Positions 8,772 to 16,162 of a stretch of 55,610 nucleotides of DNA are shown here, piece after piece (position 1 is the first letter of the stretch; each line of letters opens with the position of its first letter). The notes below the pieces were generated by a model. It made no database searches, was not told the DNA's origin, and worked only from the letters and a program-made list of their open reading frames with translations. The DNA comes from a virus (taxonomy: Duplodnaviria > Caudoviricetes). Position numbers and translations under genes: made by a program. The stretch covers positions 1-55,610 of IMG/VR virus record IMGVR_UViG_3300032069_000013; one strand, 5' to 3'.

Positions 8772-10881
8772 AAATTTGACAATCTTCAAACAACATGGTT
8801 TTGTTCCAGTAGGTGAATTATCGGATGGAAAACATGTTCATGGTAATTGTATTTTCTGTGGTAGTTATTCACAGAAACTAAAAACATTTAAAAATTCTTT
8901 CTATGTAAATGTTGATATAAAAGCCTGGGATTGTAAAATTTGTTCTCTGGAAGGAGGATACCAGACTTTTTTAAACGAATTATATAAATTCGGAATACAG
9001 AACTTTACAGAAGAAAGAGTAAAAGTCTTATCTGAAAACCGTCAAATACCAAAAAAAATATTGAGATCGCATGGCGTAGGTTATAATCCTGTAATAGACA
9101 AATATTATGTTCCCGTATTCAATCTGAGTCATCAAATTATCGATCTTAAGATATTTGATATAAAAGCAAAAGAAAAATTCAGATATGTTTCTTCCAGCGG
9201 TGCAAAAAAATCTTTGTATTTTGGGAAGAACGTGCCGGATTTACAAAAGAAAATTTATTATCTGGTAGAAGGCGAATGGGATCGAATGGTGTTCAAATCA
9301 GTTATTGATGAATTGAAAATAAAAGCTGAAGTTTTTGGACTGCCCGGAGCACTATCTATGTGCATGGGCTGGATAGATTATTTTAGGGAAAAGGATGTAA
9401 TTGTAATTCTGGATAATGATTTTGACAGAGAAGTCAATGGAAGGCTTATCGAAGGAGCCGGTAAAAAGGGATGTAAAAAAATTTACGGTTTACTGAACGG
9501 TAATTGTAAATCAATCAAATTTCTCCACTGGGAAGAAAGTGGTAAACTGGGAAATGGTTACGATATTCGTGATTTATATATTGACAACAAGAAAGATTCA
9601 AAAAAAATTATTGAGTTTATTAATAAACATTTGTATGACTATCCGCAGGGATTCGAGGAAAAAGAACTGGAAATAATCAGAAAAGAGAATAGCAAACTTC
9701 CGATTATTTACGCTGGAAAAGGATGTACCATAGGAAAAGTTTATGAGGTTTTTAATAAATATTTAAAAATGGAAAATAACGATTTGATTGACATAGTGAC
9801 CTCTACGATAATAGCAAACCGCATGCCGGGTTCGCCAGTATGGTTATTTCTGGTCGGCGCTTCAGGCAGTGGAAAGAGTGAAGTTTCGATGTCTTTGTCA
9901 GGCCTATCTTTTGTGGAGTCCATATCTTCGCTTTCTAACCATGTGTTAATATCAGGGATGAACTATCGAAATCACCATGACCCGTCTCTAATACCGAAAC
10001 TAAATGGACGTGTTCTCAATATAAAAGATTTTACAACGATTATAGGTATGGATAAGACCTCTCAATCAGGCATTGTTACAACGCTGAGGGACGCGTTTGA
10101 CGGGCATTGTGCAAAGCCCTTTGGTAACGGTCGTATGGTACGTTATGAGTCTAAATTCGGCATTATAGCGGGTGTTACGCAGGTTATAGACCATTTCTCG
10201 GAGAATTTGTCTTCTCTGGGAGAAAGATTTATCAGATATGAGATAAAAATCGAAAAAAGTATCGCTGGAGAACAGGCTGTTTTGCTTAAAGTCATGAATA
10301 ATCTTTTTGGAGAAATCAAGGAAAAAATGAAGCTGGAATTGAAGGAAATTATGTCCGAATTTCTCAATTATCCTTTTGTCCTGACCTTTTTTCCAGAGGA
10401 GGAAGCCCGTATAAAAGTGGCTACAATAGCACAATTGACCGGACTTCTCAGAGGTTCGGTATTACGTGATGGACGCACAGGAGATATAATTTACAAGCCG
10501 ATGATCGAAAGCCCTACACGACTGACCGAGCAATTTTTAAAACTATTTATTGCTTTACATGTGATACATGGAGAGAATACGACTAATCTGAAATACCTGG
10601 ATATTCTAAGAGACGTATCTTTGAGCACGATGTCCGCTAATTATCGGGATATTATTAACGTGATTATAAACGAAGAAAAAGATATTTCATTCGAGGATAT
10701 ACAGAAAAAAATCGGATTACCTTCTCCTACCGTAAGAAAAAATATGGATAATCTTGTCATACTCGGAGCACTTGACAAGATACAATTAGATAAAGTAAAT
10801 AATTTTGGCGCGAGATATAAATATAAATTATCGAATCGTTTGAGAATATTGAATCAGAAATCCGGAGTATTTACTAAATAA
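8749..10881 (+). CDS. Primase-helicase (Zn finger + TOPRIM + P-loop/AAA+ + winged helix)
   Basis: CIFC...CKIC, LVEGEWD, LDND, GYDIRD, GASGSGKS, LRDAFDG, C-terminal HTH-like segment. Confidence 0.85.
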   Translation: MPKLFQHENLTIFKQHGFVPVGELSDGKHVHGNCIFCGSYSQKLKTFKNSFYVNVDIKAWDCKICSLEGGYQTFLNELYKFGIQNFTEERVKVLSENRQIPKKILRSHGVGYNPVIDKYYVPVFNLSHQIIDLKIFDIKAKEKFRYVSSSGAKKSLYFGKNVPDLQKKIYYLVEGEWDRMVFKSVIDELKIKAEVFGLPGALSMCMGWIDYFREKDVIVILDNDFDREVNGRLIEGAGKKGCKKIYGLLNGNCKSIKFLHWEESGKLGNGYDIRDLYIDNKKDSKKIIEFINKHLYDYPQGFEEKELEIIRKENSKLPIIYAGKGCTIGKVYEVFNKYLKMENNDLIDIVTSTIIANRMPGSPVWLFLVGASGSGKSEVSMSLSGLSFVESISSLSNHVLISGMNYRNHHDPSLIPKLNGRVLNIKDFTTIIGMDKTSQSGIVTTLRDAFDGHCAKPFGNGRMVRYESKFGIIAGVTQVIDHFSENLSSLGERFIRYEIKIEKSIAGEQAVLLKVMNNLFGEIKEKMKLELKEIMSEFLNYPFVLTFFPEEEARIKVATIAQLTGLLRGSVLRDGRTGDIIYKPMIESPTRLTEQFLKLFIALHVIHGENTTNLKYLDILRDVSLSTMSANYRDIINVIINEEKDISFEDIQKKIGLPSPTVRKNMDNLVILGALDKIQLDKVNNFGARYKYKLSNRLRILNQKSGVFTK

Positions 10882-10913
10882 AATTTTCCTAATTTAAACT
10901 AAAGGAGTGTTTT

Positions 10914-11237
10914 ATGAGTGTCAAAGCATTAAAATCCCAGTTAAGAGAGAAGGTAAAAGGTATATCTAATAGTGCATTAGATATACTGGCAAATTGTCTG
11001 GATGGCAAAAAACCAGTTGGTTCGGGAATGATGGATAAATTGATTCGTATCGTTTCACAGGGTATAAAAGTGGAACACATGGATCAATTAAAAGACCAAA
11101 ATGACCGTTCTTTTGCTCTTCGTCTATTACCGTATCTTCCGAAAGACAATAATGCAAGGAAGAATTATATCATGTTGTCAAATCCTTCGTTAAAACCTTT
11201 ACTGGAAGATAAACCGAGAAAGGAAAAAACGGAATAA
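10914..11237 (+). CDS. Hypothetical protein directly upstream of AGC/NN array 1
   Basis: 107 aa, AAAGGAG RBS within the taaactaaaggag leader. Confidence 0.75.
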   Translation: MSVKALKSQLREKVKGISNSALDILANCLDGKKPVGSGMMDKLIRIVSQGIKVEHMDQLKDQNDRSFALRLLPYLPKDNNARKNYIMLSNPSLKPLLEDKPRKEKTE

Positions 11238-11238
11238 A

Positions 11239-11337
11239 AAACTAAATAAATATATTCACAGCAAAGCTGAGCACAGCGAAGCAAAGCTGAGCGTAGCAAA
11301 GCAAAGCATAGCAAAGCAATGTATCTTAAATCTTAAA
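11239..11337 (+). ncRNA. AGC/NN pentamer array 1 (12 AGC units, 11260-11317) with conserved flanks; candidate guide RNA
   Basis: ac-AGC-aa-AGC-tg-AGC-ac-AGC-ga-AGC-aa-AGC-tg-AGC-gt-AGC-aa-AGC-aa-AGC-at-AGC-aa-AGC; flanks aaactaaataaatatattc and aatgtatcttaaatcttaaa identical to array 2. The repeat is certain; the RNA status is inferred. Confidence 0.65.
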
Positions 11338-11353
11338 CTAAAGGAATAGTATT

Positions 11354-11923
11354 ATGAAAACTTCAAAGATAAATGTTACTTTACAAGGGATAGCGCCTAT
11401 ATTGTTCAATAGATTTGTGGATTACTCGAAAGAAGTCAGACCGCCGGAGCAGAAATTATATATAGATAGTCAAAATACGATTGTATTGCCGTCTCTGAAT
11501 ATAGATGCGTTTTTGTTCGGAGAGTTTCCTACCGGATGCGCGAAGACTTTCGAAGGTAAAAAGGGAAAGGATTATCTGAGGATAGGTCAAAGTCATGTTT
11601 TCGTGGAACCTGATTTGATTCCATTTACAGATGGGAAGAAGGAAATAAAATATAACGGGTTCGGTAAACAGTTGATGCTGCATGATTGGGGTTCTCCGAG
11701 AGTGAAGAATGGTTCTCTGAGCGTAAAACAGGAAAGGATTGTAAGACCTATGCTCAATCTGCCGTGGGAATTGACATTCTCTATTAATCTGATTGAGAAT
11801 AGTCTTATAAATTCAACCAAGCTGGAAAACTGGTTTACTCTGGGAGGAATCATGCTGGCTTTCGGATCATGGAGGCCGAAATATGGCAGATTTACAATAA
11901 AGAAATGGGAAGAAACTAAATAA
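11354..11923 (+). CDS. Stand-alone RAMP / Cas7-like protein (candidate effector of the AGC/NN arrays)
   Basis: 189 aa; N-terminal strand INVTLQGIAPILFN, IVLPSLNI, central RP..PWELTFSI strand, C-terminal glycine-rich loop GGIMLAFGSWRPKYGRF, all typical of the RAMP RRM fold. Confidence 0.7.
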   Translation: MKTSKINVTLQGIAPILFNRFVDYSKEVRPPEQKLYIDSQNTIVLPSLNIDAFLFGEFPTGCAKTFEGKKGKDYLRIGQSHVFVEPDLIPFTDGKKEIKYNGFGKQLMLHDWGSPRVKNGSLSVKQERIVRPMLNLPWELTFSINLIENSLINSTKLENWFTLGGIMLAFGSWRPKYGRFTIKKWEETK

Positions 11924-12021
11924 ATATATTCGCAGCGTAGCTTAGCCGAGCACAGCCGAGCAGAGCACAGCCAAGCGGAGCATAGCATAGCGAAGCAGAG
12001 CAATGTATCTTAAATCTTAAA
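11913..12021 (+). ncRNA. AGC/NN pentamer array 2 (14 AGC units, 11934-12001) with conserved flanks; candidate guide RNA
   Basis: gc-AGC-gt-AGC-tt-AGC-cg-AGC-ac-AGC-cg-AGC-ag-AGC-ac-AGC-ca-AGC-gg-AGC-at-AGC-at-AGC-ga-AGC-ag-AGC; same flanks as array 1. Confidence 0.65.
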
Positions 12022-12043
12022 TCTTAAACTAAAGGAGTAGCAT

Positions 12044-12718
12044 ATGCTAGAAGCAAAATTAGTCAAAATGTCTGCCCTCAAACTATGGGAAAACAACCCG
12101 CGAAGGAATGAAACCAACATAGAAAAGTTAACGCACATTTTAGCAGTGCATGGTCAACGATCACCGATAATCGTTGATTTGAAGACGAATGTCATTTACA
12201 AGGGAAATGCAACGTACAAAGCGATTACCCTGTTACATGACGGAGGAATAGAAAATTTCTTGACGGAAGAAGACAAGAAATTAATAAAAGGAAACGCTTT
12301 AATATCAACTTTTCATGCCGACGTCCGTAAGGGAATGATATGGGCTTCTTTCCAGAGTTTTCCGTCTGAAGCTGCCGCGATAGCGTATGGAATTTCCGAT
12401 AATGCAGCTTCGGAATGGTCTGAATGGGACAGGGATTTATTGACAAAAATGTTATCGGCGGAGCCAGTCGAGTACAAAACTTTATCCGGATTTACTGAAA
12501 AAGAACTGGATTTTTTCAAGGAAAAATTTAAAAAACAAACTACCGAACCGGACAATAAAGACCCGAAATATAAGGTCGTAATTTCGGTACCGGATGCTAT
12601 GACTTTTGAAAGTTTTGAGGAGATTTTTAATAAAGAGGTTTCTTCAGGGTTTGTTTTGAAGTTGGACTCGAAAGAATTTTTTGAGGTTTTTAATCGAGAA
12701 AAAAAGATGAAAAGTTGA
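12044..12718 (+). CDS. ParB/Srx N-terminal domain protein
   Basis: LKLWENNPRRN, HGQRSPIIVD..NVIYKGN, AYGISDN..SEWSEWD..LL. Confidence 0.75.
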   Translation: MLEAKLVKMSALKLWENNPRRNETNIEKLTHILAVHGQRSPIIVDLKTNVIYKGNATYKAITLLHDGGIENFLTEEDKKLIKGNALISTFHADVRKGMIWASFQSFPSEAAAIAYGISDNAASEWSEWDRDLLTKMLSAEPVEYKTLSGFTEKELDFFKEKFKKQTTEPDNKDPKYKVVISVPDAMTFESFEEIFNKEVSSGFVLKLDSKEFFEVFNREKKMKS

Positions 12719-12881
12719 CAAGATGTCACAAAAACCATTCTGTTTTTGGGGTAGTTTTTGATAAAAATTTTTATGATTTTTCGGTTTTAAGGGTTTTCTT
12801 GTCAAAAAGGAATTTTTAGTGTTGAATGAATGATTTTTTGTAACTAATTGAAAAGAAAAGAGATATGAGTTTACAAGAGAA

Positions 12882-13059
12882 AAATTGCTATATTTTTGCT
12901 ATAACCGGCACCCCTGTATATATGCCTATTTTTTTTTTCTTTCATGAAAGTATATGATTTTTTTTATCATATATTATATAATTAATGATAAGAAAAAGAA
13001 AAATAGTAAATGTATAGACCATATATACAGGGGTGCCGGGTATAGCACTTTTATAGCAT
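12882..13059. repeat. Inverted-repeat element B (28-bp arms 12897-12924 / 13020-13047, one mismatch), related to element A
   Basis: 12882-12933 is the exact reverse complement of 1931-1982; 13020-13059 is the reverse complement of 1827-1866 with one mismatch. Confidence 0.95.
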
Positions 13060-13132
13060 TTTTCAGCATTTTTTAAAAAAATGTAGTATATTTAGTGTAT
13101 AACAGTTTTATAGCATTTTAAGGAGATAAAAG

Positions 13133-13411
13133 ATGGAAAAGATTAAAATAAGAATTATCGGATGTACTGATAAAAACTGGTGGTATCATGATCGAATAGG
13201 AGAAACATTTTTTACGAGTGAAGTATCCGCACTGGGAAATTGCTTTGTAAATCCTTCAGGTTTCTGCGATCTTACAATCGGTATTGTTAAACATGGTGAT
13301 TATGAAGTTGTAAAGGAAGTTGAATATACCAGGAATACTTTCTTTATGTTTAAATTCCTTTACAACTTCATAATCACTATGTACAAAAATAAAAATCACG
13401 AGATGCAGTAA
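13133..13411 (+). CDS. Hypothetical protein (possibly frameshifted, extending to 13475)
   Basis: AAGGAG RBS; the KIKI..C....WWY.D.IG..F motif recurs in the +1 frame at 13386-13475. Confidence 0.6.
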   Translation: MEKIKIRIIGCTDKNWWYHDRIGETFFTSEVSALGNCFVNPSGFCDLTIGIVKHGDYEVVKEVEYTRNTFFMFKFLYNFIITMYKNKNHEMQ

Positions 13412-13468
13412 ACCTAATTATTGGTATGCCGATAAAATCGGAAAGGTTTTCGTTTATAAAGGAGGATC

Positions 13469-13771
13469 ATGCTGAAAAAATACGTGATTGAAATATTTGA
13501 GGGAAGACCTATAGGTATTTCATACAATGATATTACCGAGGTTTGTATCATCGGCGGAAAGTACCGTGTAAAGGAATTGATAGACCATATCCTGGAAGAT
13601 TATTTTCCGTCAATAGAAGAAGTCAATATTACGGAAAAGCAGATACAGAAAAATAAATTCCGGTATTACTTTACTATAAGCAAAAAAGATTTTTTCAGCA
13701 GTATCAAGGAATTGGAAAAAGCCGATTTTCCGGTCACGGAAGTTTACAATTTACAAGAGATAATGAGATAA
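13469..13771 (+). CDS. Hypothetical protein
   Basis: AAGGAGG RBS, 100 aa. Confidence 0.65.
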   Translation: MLKKYVIEIFEGRPIGISYNDITEVCIIGGKYRVKELIDHILEDYFPSIEEVNITEKQIQKNKFRYYFTISKKDFFSSIKELEKADFPVTEVYNLQEIMR

Positions 13772-13774
13772 TAT

Positions 13775-13915
13775 ATGTTGGACAACTTCTGGTATTGGTG
13801 CATGAATCCGAGAATATTGTTTCCATTAATGATAATTCTTGTGTTATTAATGCTGATATTCTTTTCGATACTATCATTCCTTATAGGCTTTTATTCTTGT
13901 ATGCCTATTAAATAG
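13775..13915 (+). CDS. Small membrane protein (46 aa)
   Basis: Manual translation MLDNFWYWCMNPRILFPLMIILVLLMLIFFSILSFLIGFYSCMPIK*; fills the intergenic gap. Confidence 0.5.
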   Translation: MLDNFWYWCMNPRILFPLMIILVLLMLIFFSILSFLIGFYSCMPIK

Positions 13916-13927
13916 GAGAGCTTTTAT

Positions 13928-14146
13928 ATGCATTTTTCTATTAGTAAAGTTTTTTTGAAAAGAGAAATAATTTTACACGGGTATGTTCTTGAACTGGCAG
14001 ATAAATATTGTCCGAGATGTTTTATAAAACCGATATATCGAGAAAAGAATTATCACAATCCTTTACACTTTTGCCGAGTATGCGGATTGGAATATATCAA
14101 AGGAATTGACGTAAACAAAATGTATAATCGGATAGGAGATAACTGA
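13928..14146 (+). CDS. Zn-ribbon protein
   Basis: CPRC...CRVC; AGGAG RBS. Confidence 0.6.
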   Translation: MHFSISKVFLKREIILHGYVLELADKYCPRCFIKPIYREKNYHNPLHFCRVCGLEYIKGIDVNKMYNRIGDN

Positions 14147-14149
14147 TTT

Positions 14150-14842
14150 GTGATCTTTTCTAAAAATTCTCTCTACGCTATGGACTTGACAATTAAAGAT
14201 CGGAATATACCGATTTTGAACAATGTGCTTTTTTGCAGAGACGGTACGGTTATCGGTCTTTGCAAAAATATGATAGCAGTTGTGGAGCCTCTTTCTCCAG
14301 AGATAAGAGATAAACTGCATTTAAAAAATACGTTTAACAAGGATGATATTTTCTTAAGCAGTGACAACGTAAAGAAGATCGTACAGTCTCTTCCGGTAGA
14401 TACGACTTTTAAAGGTTTGTTGGAGTTTTGCGATATTTTTCTTGACAAGAAGCAGGATAAGGTAATTGTCACTACGCATGATGGTACGCAGAGTACCATA
14501 AAAACCATGAATTATGTTAAAGAAGATTCGAGTTTTGTAAAGTCCATTCTGAAGGAAATTTTTGAGATACGTCAAGACCTGTGCGGAGAGTGCAGAATGA
14601 TTATAGGATTACAACGATATAGTAATTTATTAACGGTACTGAAAAAAATAATAAATGATAAAAATGATGAGATTCCGATTTGTCAAAACTGTTTTTCCAT
14701 GAATAAAAAAAGATATTTGAATTTGAAAAGTCAAATACTGAAGACCGGACAACAGGTAATCGGAATCGCCTGGATAAATGATAAGGATGTAGACGAGTAT
14801 TGGATTGAGAAAGGTTTAATAGAAAGGAGATTTGAAAAATAA
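14150..14842 (+). CDS. Hypothetical protein, weak beta-clamp-like N-terminus
   Basis: GTG start after AGGAG; KDRNIPILNNVLF resembles a DnaN segment. Confidence 0.55.
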   Translation: MIFSKNSLYAMDLTIKDRNIPILNNVLFCRDGTVIGLCKNMIAVVEPLSPEIRDKLHLKNTFNKDDIFLSSDNVKKIVQSLPVDTTFKGLLEFCDIFLDKKQDKVIVTTHDGTQSTIKTMNYVKEDSSFVKSILKEIFEIRQDLCGECRMIIGLQRYSNLLTVLKKIINDKNDEIPICQNCFSMNKKRYLNLKSQILKTGQQVIGIAWINDKDVDEYWIEKGLIERRFEK

Positions 14843-15011
14843 AATACCTGATATGGAATTTTATTTTGTGGTTTTGTATTAGTTTTTGGAACGTTCTTTT
14901 CGGATATATATTTAATATGAGTCCGATAGAAATAATTTTTATGTGCACGATTTGTTGTGCATTTTGCAGCATAGGAATGTTAATAGGTACCCTTTTCAGG
15001 AGGTTTGACAA

Positions 15012-15509
15012 ATGAAACTATTTGAAATTAACTCAGAACTCAGAAATATTGTAGATGAGGTGTCTTTGTATGCCGAAGAACATGACGGCGAGATACCGGA
15101 AAATCTTTCGAATAAATTAACAAGTATTCAGCAGGAAAAAGAGCAGAAAGTTTTATCTATCGGTCGCTGGTACAAAAATCTGAATGCCGAAGCCGAAGCG
15201 ATAAAAACAGAAGAAGATCGTCTCTATTCCCGAAGAAAATCATTGGAAAAACGAATCGAAGGAATAAAATATTTTCTTGAAACATACTTGACAGGAGAGG
15301 AAAAATATTCAGACGGGGCGGTTAAAATATCATTCAGGAAATCGGAACGCCTCAGTATGATTACAGAAGATATTCGTTGTATTCCTGATAAATATCTAAA
15401 ACCACAACTTCCGAAAATTGACAAAGCAGCCATAAAGGACGATATTAAATCCGGCAAACGATTTGATTTTGCAAAAATAGAATTTTGTAACAATATACAG
15501 ATAAAGTAA
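15012..15509 (+). CDS. Siphovirus Gp157-family protein
   Basis: MKLFEI, IKTEEDRL..RRKSLE.RIEGIK.FL, KISFRKSE, IPDKYL..PKIDK.AIK.DIK.G. Confidence 0.85.
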   Translation: MKLFEINSELRNIVDEVSLYAEEHDGEIPENLSNKLTSIQQEKEQKVLSIGRWYKNLNAEAEAIKTEEDRLYSRRKSLEKRIEGIKYFLETYLTGEEKYSDGAVKISFRKSERLSMITEDIRCIPDKYLKPQLPKIDKAAIKDDIKSGKRFDFAKIEFCNNIQIK

Positions 15510-15718
15510 TGAACAATCCTGAATACGGTTGTAAACAATTTGTAGCGGTAATTAAAAACAAATATGGTATTCACTACGGGTGATCCTAAATATTATTTAT
15601 TCAGTCCGGTAGATAATAATGGAATTAATACAGGCGTATCTCCGTTTCCGGTATTGAAAAGTAATTTACAAAACGATATTAAAAAAGCTTTAGCAAAAGG
15701 AAGGGGTAACGCAGGAAT

Positions 15719-16162
15719 ATGAAAATCGAAAAAATTGACATAGGAAAACTGAAAAGAAATCCCGACAATCCTCGGATAATCAAAGACGAGAATTTCAAGA
15801 AACTGGTGAACAGTATCAAGAAATTTCCGAAAATGCTTGAAATCAGACCGATAGTCATTGATGATAAAGGAATGATCCTGGGAGGAGATAAACGGTATCT
15901 GGCTTGCAAAGAACTGAAATTGAAACAAGTACCGGTTATCTGTGCATCGGCTCTTTCTCCAGCGGAGAAGGAAGAATTTATTGTCAAGGATAATTTATTT
16001 TCGGGTGAGTGGGATTGGACAAAACTTTCGGGATGGGATACTAAGAAATTGGCTGAATGGGGATTTGAGGAATGGATGTTTAATGAGGGTGAAAAGTCAC
16101 TTGCAGTCAATAAAGAGAAAGAAATAAAAAAATGTCCTAAATGTGGATATGTTTTGAAATGA
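15719..16162 (+). CDS. ParB-like nuclease domain protein
   Basis: LKRNPDNPRII..ENFKKLVNSI, RPIVID..MILGG..RYLAC, IVKDN..GEWD; C-terminal CPKCG. Confidence 0.85.
   Translation: MKIEKIDIGKLKRNPDNPRIIKDENFKKLVNSIKKFPKMLEIRPIVIDDKGMILGGDKRYLACKELKLKQVPVICASALSPAEKEEFIVKDNLFSGEWDWTKLSGWDTKKLAEWGFEEWMFNEGEKSLAVNKEKEIKKCPKCGYVLK

Noticed and set aside
11260-12001. AGC arrays as a canonical CRISPR array or a simple microsatellite
   Set aside because: The constant part is 3 nt and the variable part 2 nt, far from CRISPR repeat/spacer sizes, and no cas1/cas2 is present. Units are not homogenised as in a slippage microsatellite, and two loci share flanks.
11593-12003. Minus-strand ORF beginning MLCFAMLCSAWLCSARLCSAKLR
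   Set aside because: Translation shadow of array 2 plus antisense of the RAMP gene; opposite to every credible gene.
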